Positions 8,579-16,383 of a stretch of 40,938 nt of DNA are shown here, piece by piece. The stretch lies in the NCBI GenBank assembly GCA_035532895.1, contig DATKQD010000025.1, forward strand, positions 1-40,938. Direction: 5' to 3'. Below the pieces are notes generated by a model. That model searched no databases. It saw only the letters and a program-made list of their open reading frames with translations, and was not told where the DNA came from. The translations under genes were made by a program, and so were the position numbers. The first letter of the stretch is position 1. The number at the start of each line of letters is the position of its first letter. The stretch is from Chloroflexota bacterium (GTDB taxonomy: Bacteria > Chloroflexota > JAJPGV01).

Positions 8579-10307
8579 GGGCCGCCTTCATCCAGGAGGT
8601 GAGGTTCGCCGCCAGCGCCGCGGCCACGGCCGGCTCAGCCGCGAGCTGATCGTGCTGCTCGGCCGGATCGCCGATTAAATCGAACAGGCGCTGGCTGCCG
8701 CTGGCGTTATTGCGCAGCAGCTTCCAGCCGCCGGAAGCGACAGAGGTGAACACGTAATCCGGCATGGACCCGTAAGCAGCGCGCGTGGCGCCATCATCGC
8801 GCCCATCCAGCAGTGGCAGCACGCTGGCACCCTGAGCCTGAGGCGAGGCACGCAGGCCGGCCATCTCGAGGAAGGTAGGAAAGATGTCGATGGCCTGCGT
8901 TGGTGCGTTCACACTGCCGCCTGGCGGCACGTGGCCTGGCCAGCTGAGCAGCAGCGGCACCCACTGCTCGGTGTTGTAGAGGCTGTGCGGGTGGAAGTAG
9001 TCTCCCCCCTCATCTAAGTCCGCATGCTCGCCAAAACTCTCGCCGTGATCGCTGGTCAAGGCGATGGCCGTACCCGAGGGGTGGTTCAACGCGTCGATGG
9101 CCTTCAGCAAGCGTGCGATCTCGCCATCCATGTAGGTGATTTCGGACTCATACAAGCCGATCAGCCGCTGCAGGTCGGCTCCGCGAGGCTGCAGCTTGCC
9201 TGTTTGCACTTCGTCCACCACGGCCATGCTGCCGTTGATAGGACCGTTGTAGTTGGGGCTGTACAGCGGCGCAAATGAGGCTGGCGGCTGATAGGGGTAG
9301 TGCGGGTCGAAGTAGTGCACCCACAGGAAGAAGGGCGCACTGGCTGAGAAGGTACGCAGCTGGGCAATGGCCGCGTCCGTGGTGCGAGTGGCATCGCCCT
9401 TGGCGGTGCTCTCTACATCAGACTTCAGCGGCACCACCTGATTGAGCGCCTGGGGCAGCACCAGGTACTGCTCGGCCACGCGGTACTGCGCCATGGCGCC
9501 TTTGATGGCGGGGTTGGCCATGAAGGAGGACGGCGGGGGCGCGGTGTTGCGGTACACCTGGAAGCCGCGGTTGAGGCCGCTGTATTGCGCGTCGAAGCTC
9601 AGCCAGCTGTATAGGCCGGCCGTTTGATAGCCACCCGCGGCCAGCAGGCCCGCCAGCGTATCCAACCGCGCCGGCACCTTGTCCACCATGTGCACCCGAA
9701 TGCCGCTGGTGGAGGGGTATTGTCCGGTGAACATGCTGGCGTGGGAGGGGTTGGTCTGCGGCTCTTGAATGAAGTGCCACAAAAAGCGCGCACCACCCGC
9801 GGCCAGGGCATCCAGCGCTGGGGTGTGGACGGTGCTGTTGCCATACGAGCCGAGCCGGTCCGCACGCAGGGTATCCACCGTAATGAGCACCAAATTGGGC
9901 GGCCGGCTGACGGTGCCGCGGGGCAGGCTCTGCGCCGCCAACGCCACGTCGCCACCCACGCTGCGCCTCATGGCCGCGCCTGCGCCTACCACGGCGACGG
10001 CCGCCAGCGATCCGGCGCTGAGCCGCAACAGTGCTCGGCGCGACATACCTCTTATGGGTCCAGGTGGCAAGCCAGCTTCCGGCTTGTTCGCCGGCCTATG
10101 GCGAAGGCGGCGGACGAGGGCCCAGCCGGCCGCGGCGAGAAACGCCACCACCGCCGCCGCCGCACCGTCGATGGCGGCGGCATACACGGCCAACCGCCAG
10201 GGCACACTGCTGGCAGGCACCAGCCACACCAGCCGTGCCGTTTCGACCGCGCCAGCCAGCATACCGAGCGCTAGCCCCAGGCCGGCCAGCCGCCACGCCG
10301 CGCGCAC
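8568..10307 (-). CDS. Sulfatase-fold hydrolase/transferase, membrane-anchored paralogue of 7130..8578
   Basis: Shares long blocks with its neighbour (PFFLWVHYFDPHYPYQPP, DHGESFGEHADLDE, FHPHSLY, AQGAS.LPLLDG). Nucleophile block QTNPSHASMFTGQYP. N-terminal hydrophobic helices. Start uncertain: TTG10412 overlaps the GT gene by 94 nt; GTG10307 lies 10 nt after the GT stop with GAGGG upstream; ATG10262 is also possible. Confidence 0.8.
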   Translation of the reverse strand: MRAAWRLAGLGLALGMLAGAVETARLVWLVPASSVPWRLAVYAAAIDGAAAAVVAFLAAAGWALVRRLRHRPANKPEAGLPPGPIRGMSRRALLRLSAGSLAAVAVVGAGAAMRRSVGGDVALAAQSLPRGTVSRPPNLVLITVDTLRADRLGSYGNSTVHTPALDALAAGGARFLWHFIQEPQTNPSHASMFTGQYPSTSGIRVHMVDKVPARLDTLAGLLAAGGYQTAGLYSWLSFDAQYSGLNRGFQVYRNTAPPPSSFMANPAIKGAMAQYRVAEQYLVLPQALNQVVPLKSDVESTAKGDATRTTDAAIAQLRTFSASAPFFLWVHYFDPHYPYQPPASFAPLYSPNYNGPINGSMAVVDEVQTGKLQPRGADLQRLIGLYESEITYMDGEIARLLKAIDALNHPSGTAIALTSDHGESFGEHADLDEGGDYFHPHSLYNTEQWVPLLLSWPGHVPPGGSVNAPTQAIDIFPTFLEMAGLRASPQAQGASVLPLLDGRDDGATRAAYGSMPDYVFTSVASGGWKLLRNNASGSQRLFDLIGDPAEQHDQLAAEPAVAAALAANLTSWMKAAHVS

Positions 10308-10318
10308 GCCGCCTGCCC

Positions 10319-11506
10319 TCAGGCGACGCGCCGCTCGAGCACGCCGCCCGCGGTCATGGCGCCGTACAGCTCTTCGTACTGGTCGCACAGGCGCTCGGGA
10401 GCGAAGTCCCAACTGGCGCGCAGCTGCGCCGCTGCCATGTGGCGCGCCAGCACCGCGTCGCCCAGCAGCCGTTCGAGGTTGGCCATCAGCTCATCGACCG
10501 CGTTGGGCGTGGACAGAAGCGCCGTCTCGCCTTCCCGCAGCACCTCTTCCAGCAGCGGCAGCCGCGCTGTGACCAGCGGCCGGCCCATGTGCAGCGCTTC
10601 GACCACCAGGGCGGGGATGGCGCTCTGACCAGCGGTGGAGCGGTACGGCAGAGCCAGCACATCGATGGCCGACAGGAAGGTGCCCACCTCTACCTTGCCC
10701 AGCCAGTGCACCCGGTCGCTCACCGGCCGCAGGATACGCCGCACCGGTCCGTCGCTGCCCTGGCCACTCCAGGCCAGCACCAGCTCGACCTCGGCATCAC
10801 GCTGCGCCAGCTGCACGAAAGCCCGGGCCAGCGTATCCACACCCTTCACCTGGTTGAAGTGGCCCACATAACCCACTAAGCGGTGAGCGCTGGCCAGCCC
10901 GAGCGCATGGCGCGCCTGCTCCCGGCTCAGCCGCCGCAGCTTGGTGCGATCTACGATATTCGGCAGAACGGTGACGTTCCCGCCCGTGACGTGGAGCGCC
11001 TCCAACTCCTGCTTTTGCAGCTCAGTGCTCACGATGTAGCGCCGGCCCTGATGGTGCCCCAGCCGGCCGAAAAAGCCATTGTTCACGCCCCACAGGGTGA
11101 GCCAGCCCTTAGCGCCGAGCCGCAGGTTGTGCCATGCCAGTGCCTCACTTGCCTGAGCCAGGTGGCCCTCGTAGCTCACCACCACCGGCACACCCGCGCG
11201 CCACCCCAACAGGTCGCCCAGCCAGCCAAAGGCGGGCGTTGGCAGGGCCACGTGCAGCAGGTCAGCGGAACCGCTCGCTTCCAGAATGCGCGGCAGGGCA
11301 CGGGCCATGCTCAGTGCCCCGCCCGCTAGGCCCCGTGGACCGCCGTCCAGCTGCGTGAGCGGATCTTCCAGCAGGCGCCCGGTTTCGAACGGCGCCACCA
11401 GCTGCACCGTATGCCCGCGGCTCATGAGCACACGGCCCAGCCCGGCCAGGCTGTCAATCTGCCCGCTCAGGGCGCGTGGGTGCAGTGATGCCAGGCACAA
11501 TCGCAT
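10319..11506 (-). CDS. GT-B glycosyltransferase (family 4/1-like)
   Basis: N-terminus MRLCLASLHP...GHTVQLVAPFE. C-terminal nucleotide-sugar block LPYRSTAGQSAIPALVVEALHMGRPLVT...EGETALL. The internal start ATG11506 (or ATG11521) is preferred over track start 11758, which would run across the divergent pspC start. Confidence 0.82.
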   Translation of the reverse strand: MRLCLASLHPRALSGQIDSLAGLGRVLMSRGHTVQLVAPFETGRLLEDPLTQLDGGPRGLAGGALSMARALPRILEASGSADLLHVALPTPAFGWLGDLLGWRAGVPVVVSYEGHLAQASEALAWHNLRLGAKGWLTLWGVNNGFFGRLGHHQGRRYIVSTELQKQELEALHVTGGNVTVLPNIVDRTKLRRLSREQARHALGLASAHRLVGYVGHFNQVKGVDTLARAFVQLAQRDAEVELVLAWSGQGSDGPVRRILRPVSDRVHWLGKVEVGTFLSAIDVLALPYRSTAGQSAIPALVVEALHMGRPLVTARLPLLEEVLREGETALLSTPNAVDELMANLERLLGDAVLARHMAAAQLRASWDFAPERLCDQYEELYGAMTAGGVLERRVA

Positions 11507-11733
11507 GTGGATCGTCTCCATCTCCTCCCCGCGAAACCGCCGGAAGGTCGTCCCCTTGTCTTCTTGCAAGCTAACGGGCTGGGATGAAGGATGTGTGAAG
11601 GCAAGGTTAAGCTCGGGGAAAGTCTTTGTTCGGCGTACGTTCGGCGCAAATTCCGCGCCAGCGACTTCGTGCGCAACAATTTCTTCCGCTGGCACGTCCC
11701 AAACAGTGACCAACAGCGAGGAGAGAGAAGGAC

Positions 11734-12210
11734 ATGGACAGCGATCCATTTCTGCCAACAGGACGACGTCACCGGCTCACCCGCAGCCGGCGCGAGCGCA
11801 TGTGGGCTGGCGTATGCGGCGGCATGGCCGAGTACTTCGACATGGATCCGGTGCTGGTGCGCCTGTTCTGGGTGGTGGCTACCGTGCTTACGGCAGGGCT
11901 GGCGCTGTGCGCTTACTTCGCCTTAGCCTTCATCATGCCACCTGACGAGCGCGGCTGGGATGAGAGCTGGAGCGGCACGTCCAGCACCGATGCGCCCACG
12001 GGTGAGGGCGCCGATCCCACAGCCAGCCAGTACGGTCGGGGATACGACTACTCGCGGCGGCGCTACACGGGCGGCATCCTCCTTATTGGCCTGGGGATCG
12101 TTTTCCTGGTGAACCAGATGGGGCTGTTTCACTGGGTGAACTGGAACATCCTCTGGCCGGCCATCCTGATTGTGATTGGTGTGGCACTCCTGGGCCGGCA
12201 CCGCTTGTGA
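11734..12210 (+). CDS. PspC-domain membrane protein
   Basis: RLTRSRRERMWAGVCGGMAEYFDMDPVLVRLFWVVATVLTAGLALCAYFALAFIMP is a classic PspC domain. The C-terminal hydrophobic LiaI/LiaF-like segment is LLIGLGIVFLVNQ...WPAILIVIGVALL. SD GAGGAGAGAGAAGG lies upstream of ATG11734. Confidence 0.85.
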   Translation: MDSDPFLPTGRRHRLTRSRRERMWAGVCGGMAEYFDMDPVLVRLFWVVATVLTAGLALCAYFALAFIMPPDERGWDESWSGTSSTDAPTGEGADPTASQYGRGYDYSRRRYTGGILLIGLGIVFLVNQMGLFHWVNWNILWPAILIVIGVALLGRHRL

Positions 12211-12257
12211 GCGAGCGTTCTTGGCAGGCAGCAACCCGGCGGCCGGTGCGCTGAGTC

Positions 12258-13343
12258 ATGGCCGCTGAAACGCCCAGCCCGGAGGCAGCTCCGGACCCTG
12301 GGCAGCCCACGCAGCCCCAACCACCGCGCTTTTCCAGCCGCCGGGAGTGGCGCCATTATGAGAAGGAACGGCGCCGACAGGAGCGCTGGCAGCGGCGGCA
12401 GCGGGGTGGCCATGGGTACGGTGGGCTGCTGTGGCCGGTGGTGCTCATCGTGGTAGGTGGCGTGCTGCTGCTGCAGAACGCGGGCATCTTGAGCTCCAGC
12501 GTGTGGAGCAATCTGTGGCGCCTGTGGCCGCTGCTCCTGGTGCTGGTGGGCCTGGAACTCCTGTTCCGCGATGCGCTGTACGGCCTTCGCGGCGTTATCC
12601 TGGCGCTGCTGGTCGCGGCGATCGCGCTGGCCAGCATTGTGCTCGGCTCAGGCAGCTTGCAGAGCGCTCCCGGAGCGGCGGCTGGCGGGCAAGCAATCAC
12701 GCTTACACAGGCGCTCAAAGGTGCGCGGCAGGCCGACGTCCGACTGAACTTCGGCGCCGGCTCCCTGGCGGTTGGGGCGCTCGCCACGGGCGGCAGCGAC
12801 CTGGCCTCGCTGAGCTACAACGGGCCCGGCCAGCTGGCGCCCCAGCCGAGCTACACAGTGGAGAACGGCATCGCGCAGCTGACCTACGACCTGCACGGTG
12901 GAAGAGGGTGGCCTGGCTGGCCTTTCGGAGCCAGCGGCACCCCCACGGAGAAGATACTGCTGACCCCGGAGCTGCCGCTGAGCCTGACAGTGGATGGTGG
13001 CGCAAGCAGCAACGCCATCGACCTCAGCCAGCTCAAGGTCACCACTCTCACGGTGCAAACCGGCGCCAGCAGCACGGAGATCACCCTCCCCCAGTCCGCC
13101 GGCACCACCACCGCGAAGATAGAAGGTGGCGCGGCCTCGGTGACGGTTATCGTCCCGGCCGGCGTGGCGGCGCACATCGACTATCAGGGTGGATTAAGCT
13201 CCCTCGACATAGCCGGCTCGCGCTTTCCACGGCTCAGCAGCGACCACGGCCACAGCGTGTACGAATCGCCCGGCTATGCCAGCGCCACCAATAAGGTGGC
13301 CCTCCAGATCCATACCGGCGTGTCCACCGTCACCATCCGCTGA
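12258..13343 (+). CDS. LiaF-like membrane protein with a C-terminal toast-rack (DUF2154-type) beta-repeat domain
   Basis: N-terminal TM pair LLWPVVLIVVGGVLLLQN / LWPLLLVLVGLELLF. The C-terminal half has repeated G(A/G)(G/S)S..x.(I/V/L)-type strands (FGAGSLAV, DGGASSNAIDL, TGASSTEITL, EGGAASVTVIV, HTGVSTVTI), as in LiaF-type cell-envelope stress proteins. Confidence 0.65.
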   Translation: MAAETPSPEAAPDPGQPTQPQPPRFSSRREWRHYEKERRRQERWQRRQRGGHGYGGLLWPVVLIVVGGVLLLQNAGILSSSVWSNLWRLWPLLLVLVGLELLFRDALYGLRGVILALLVAAIALASIVLGSGSLQSAPGAAAGGQAITLTQALKGARQADVRLNFGAGSLAVGALATGGSDLASLSYNGPGQLAPQPSYTVENGIAQLTYDLHGGRGWPGWPFGASGTPTEKILLTPELPLSLTVDGGASSNAIDLSQLKVTTLTVQTGASSTEITLPQSAGTTTAKIEGGAASVTVIVPAGVAAHIDYQGGLSSLDIAGSRFPRLSSDHGHSVYESPGYASATNKVALQIHTGVSTVTIR

Positions 13344-13362
13344 GGGCCGGCAGCCGCGCGTT

Positions 13363-13431
13363 ATACTGCACCGATGCACAGTATTGCCTGGAGCAGCAGG
13401 ACGGCGTAAAATCCCGACACTGTCGTGACAG
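13363..13431. promoter_or_regulatory. Two short inverted repeats in the nrdJ upstream region (candidate operator pair)
   Basis: ATACTG-N10-CAGTAT (13363..13384) and CTGTC-GT-GACAG (13420..13431). Their centres are about 52 bp apart, in an AT-richer patch 100-165 nt upstream of the nrdJ start. They do not match the canonical NrdR box well. Confidence 0.2.
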
Positions 13432-13527
13432 GGTGATCGTTAGATTGGTGAGATCATCCGCTGTTGAGGGTACGCGGTGTCATCTGTTGTTGTCCGTGGG
13501 GCTGGCATATCGAAAGGAGTGCGTCGA

Positions 13528-15837
13528 GTGGCTGTTGTGTCTTCGGTGAAGGCCAAGCGGGGGGAGTGGTCGGAAGCTGCCAAAAGGGTGCTTGCGGAGC
13601 GCTACCTCTGGAAGAAGGATGGCCGGCTCATTGAAGACGAGGACGCCATGTGCCGCCGGGTAGCGGCCGCCGTGGCCGGGGCGGAAGAGCGTTACGGGTC
13701 GCCCGAGCGGCGCCAGCAAGTGGAGGATGCCTTCTTTGAGCTGATGCTCACCCGCCGCTTCATGCCCAACTCGCCCACCTTGATGAACGCGGGCAAGAAC
13801 AACGGCCAGCAGCTTTCCGCCTGTTTTGTCCTGCCGGTGCCCGATACCATCCCCGGCATCTTCGACTCAGTGAAGCACGCGGCCATTATCCACAAGAGCG
13901 GCGGTGGGACGGGGTTCTCCTTCTCGCGCCTGCGGCCCGAGGGCAGCGTCGTATCCGCGACGCACGGAGTGGCCAGCGGGCCAGTGAGCTTCATGCGCAT
14001 CTTCAATGAGGCCACCGAGCAGATCAAACAGGGTGGCACGCGCCGCGGCGCCAACATGGGCATCCTGCGGGTGGATCACCCGGACATCCTGAAGTTCATC
14101 AACTGCAAGCGCGACGGCACCATCACCAACTTCAACATCTCGGTCGCCGCCACGGATCGCTTCATGCAGGCCCTGCGCGATGACACGGAGTACGACCTGG
14201 TGGATCCCCATTCCGGCAGCGTAGTCAGCACGCTCGGCGCGCGCGAAGTGTTCGACCAGATGGTGGACGCGGCCTGGGCCACGGGCGACCCTGGCATGGT
14301 GTTCATCGATCGGATCAATGCGGGGCCCGCCAACCCGACACCGGACATCGGCATCGTGGAGGCCACCAACCCCTGTGGCGAGCAGCCGCTGCTGCCCTAC
14401 GAAGCCTGCAATCTTGGCTCATTGAATGTGGCCGCTTTCCTCTCGGACGATCGCCAGGGCATCGACTGGCCGGCCATGGAACAGGCGGTGCGCACGAGCG
14501 TGTGCTTCCTGGATGACGTGATCGAAATCAACCCCTACCCGCTGCAGGAGATTGTGGACATCGTGGGCGCCAACAGGCGCATCGGCCTGGGCGTGATGGG
14601 TTGGGCCGATCTGCTGTTCGAGCTCGGCATTCCCTATGACAGCGAGCGCGCCCTGGAGCTGGCGAGCGAAACGATGGAATTCATCAACCGCGTTGGCCAC
14701 GAGGCATCGGAGCAGCTGGCCGAAGAACGCGGGCCGTTCCCGAACTGGGGCCGCAGCGTCTATCGCGACGGCAAGCCGCTGCGCAACTCAACGGTCACTA
14801 CCATCGCGCCCACCGGCACCATCAGCATCATCGCGGACTGCTCGTCTGGCATCGAGCCCATCTTTGCGCTGGCCTTCCTGCATAAGGCGAAGGGCGCCGA
14901 CGGTAAACCGCGCAACCTGCGCTTCGTCAACCCCATCTTCGAACGCGTGGCGCACGAACGCGGCTTCTGGAGCGAGGAGCTCATGGAGCGCGTGCTCGAG
15001 CAGGGCACGCTGCACGGGTTGGACGACGTGCCGGAGGACGTGCGACGCGTGTTCGTTACTTCTCACGAAATCGACCCCTCCTGGCACGTGCGCATGCAGG
15101 CGGCCTTCCAGAAGCACACGGATAACGCCGTCTCCAAAACCATCAACCTGCCGAACGCGGCGCTGCGTGAGGATGTGGCTGCGGCCTACCAGCTCGCCTA
15201 CGAAACCGGCTGCAACGGCATCACCGTATTCAGGGACGGCTGCAAGGGCGAGCAAGTGCTGGTAACAGGCACCGGCCGCGCTGCCATCCCGGTGCCGGCT
15301 GCCGATGCGTCCGCCTACGCGGTCGACATCAAGCCGCGGCCAGCAGTGGTGCATGGCTATACCCGAGCGGTGAAGGCGCCCGAAGGGACGGTCAACATCA
15401 CCATCAACAGCGATGAGTCCGGCCCGCTGGAAGTGTTCCTCAACGTGGGGCGCGCCGGCAGCGACATTGTGGCCATCGCGGAGGCGATTGGCCGGCTGAT
15501 CTCGCTCAACCTGCGCCTACCATCGCCCATGTCGCAGAACGCGCGCCTCAAGGCGGTGGCGGAGCAGCTGCGCAACATCGGCGGCAGCCGCGCCGTGGGC
15601 TTTGGCTCCAGCCAGGTGCGCTCCCTGCCGGATGCTGTCGCGCAAGCGTTGGAGGTGCACCTTGGCAGCGGCACCGGCAGCGGCTCGAACGGGCAGGCCA
15701 GCGACCCCACTGGCGCCTTTCAGCCGCTCCTGCCCATCCAGTGGACCGGCAACGTCTGCTCGCAGTGTGGCTGCAACACGCTGGTGTACGAGGAGGGCTG
15801 CCGCAAGTGCCACGCCTGTGGCTACTCGGAATGTTGA
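13528..15837 (+). CDS. nrdJ: Adenosylcobalamin-dependent (class II) ribonucleotide reductase
   Basis: Blocks FMPNSPTLMNAG, SACFVLPV, GGGTGFSFSRLRP, NPCGEQPLLPYEACNLGS and ISIIADCSSGIEP, plus a C-terminal Cys-rich tail CSQCGC...CRKCHACGYSEC. The start is moved to GTG13528, with AAGGAG 8 nt upstream, rather than GTG13477. Confidence 0.93.
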   Translation: MAVVSSVKAKRGEWSEAAKRVLAERYLWKKDGRLIEDEDAMCRRVAAAVAGAEERYGSPERRQQVEDAFFELMLTRRFMPNSPTLMNAGKNNGQQLSACFVLPVPDTIPGIFDSVKHAAIIHKSGGGTGFSFSRLRPEGSVVSATHGVASGPVSFMRIFNEATEQIKQGGTRRGANMGILRVDHPDILKFINCKRDGTITNFNISVAATDRFMQALRDDTEYDLVDPHSGSVVSTLGAREVFDQMVDAAWATGDPGMVFIDRINAGPANPTPDIGIVEATNPCGEQPLLPYEACNLGSLNVAAFLSDDRQGIDWPAMEQAVRTSVCFLDDVIEINPYPLQEIVDIVGANRRIGLGVMGWADLLFELGIPYDSERALELASETMEFINRVGHEASEQLAEERGPFPNWGRSVYRDGKPLRNSTVTTIAPTGTISIIADCSSGIEPIFALAFLHKAKGADGKPRNLRFVNPIFERVAHERGFWSEELMERVLEQGTLHGLDDVPEDVRRVFVTSHEIDPSWHVRMQAAFQKHTDNAVSKTINLPNAALREDVAAAYQLAYETGCNGITVFRDGCKGEQVLVTGTGRAAIPVPAADASAYAVDIKPRPAVVHGYTRAVKAPEGTVNITINSDESGPLEVFLNVGRAGSDIVAIAEAIGRLISLNLRLPSPMSQNARLKAVAEQLRNIGGSRAVGFGSSQVRSLPDAVAQALEVHLGSGTGSGSNGQASDPTGAFQPLLPIQWTGNVCSQCGCNTLVYEEGCRKCHACGYSEC

Positions 15838-15854
15838 CCCGCTAGCGGGTCAAC
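15833..15854 (+). terminator. Perfect 22-bp palindrome spanning the nrdJ stop codon (putative GC-rich terminator hairpin without a U-tract)
   Basis: GTTGACCCGCTAGCGGGTCAAC is its own reverse complement. It includes the TGA stop at 15835-15837. No T-run follows. Confidence 0.45.
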
Positions 15855-15955
15855 CCCGCACGGCTGTGCGACGAAGACGTCGGTGAATCTGGACGTGAGC
15901 TGAGTCTTCGCGAAGGTTCGTCGACAGATGACGCACGGGGCCGACATTTGTGGGC

Positions 15956-16072
15956 TCCTCTGCCTTGAGGCAGGCTTCCCACCAGCCTGTTGGCGCCTAC
16001 CGTGCCGCCGCCTATGGGATAGCCCTTGGCTTGGAATTTGGCGTGGCTCATGCGCGCTCGTTGGCGCACCAG
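15956..16072 (-). pseudogene. Decayed fragment resembling the C-terminal region of an ISKra4-like transposase
   Basis: The minus-strand translation LVRQRARMSHAKFQAKGYPIGGGTVGANRLVGSLPQGRG resembles, from memory, the conserved ...RM.Y..YR..G.PIGSG.VES.CK.LVG.RLKQ.GM.W block of ISKra4-family transposases. The motif is degenerate, only about 40 aa long, and has no intact upstream ORF. Confidence 0.35.
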
Positions 16073-16220
16073 CCGATCACCGGCCCGGCAGCCATCCATC
16101 GCCAGGTTGGCTGCCCCCCTGCTACGCCCGGCGCCGCGACATGGCCCCCACCGACTGCAGGTCAGCCATGCCCTGATCGCGGACGCCAGCGCCCCGACGC
16201 TCGGCCAGTTCTGGGCGTGT

Positions 16221-16240
16221 ATGACACTGGCCAGTGTCAT
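16221..16240. repeat. Perfect 20-bp palindrome in the non-coding island
   Basis: ATGACACTGGCCAGTGTCAT equals its reverse complement. It lies about 145 nt upstream of the 16384 CDS. Confidence 0.6.
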
Positions 16241-16383
16241 GGCGGCTCAGTTTGCCGATCGTGACGATTGCACCGAGCTGGACACGCACTCTCCCAACCT
16301 TCACGGTGCGTTCATACGGGGTTTATGCGTTGTTGGGGTCTCGAGGGCGACCCTGGGGGGCACCAACGGCGCAAGAGTGAGCG

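Noticed and set aside
11507-11758. 84-aa N-terminal extension of the glycosyltransferase ORF
   Set aside because: The extension has no GT homology and would overlap the divergent pspC start and its SD. The typical GT4 N-terminus (MRLCLASL...) begins at 11506.
13363-13431. Interpretation of the nrdJ upstream inverted repeats as canonical NrdR boxes
   Set aside because: The sequences do not fit the 16-bp acaCwAtATaTwGtgt consensus, and the 52-bp spacing differs from the usual ~21 or 31-32 bp. They are retained only as low-confidence generic operators.
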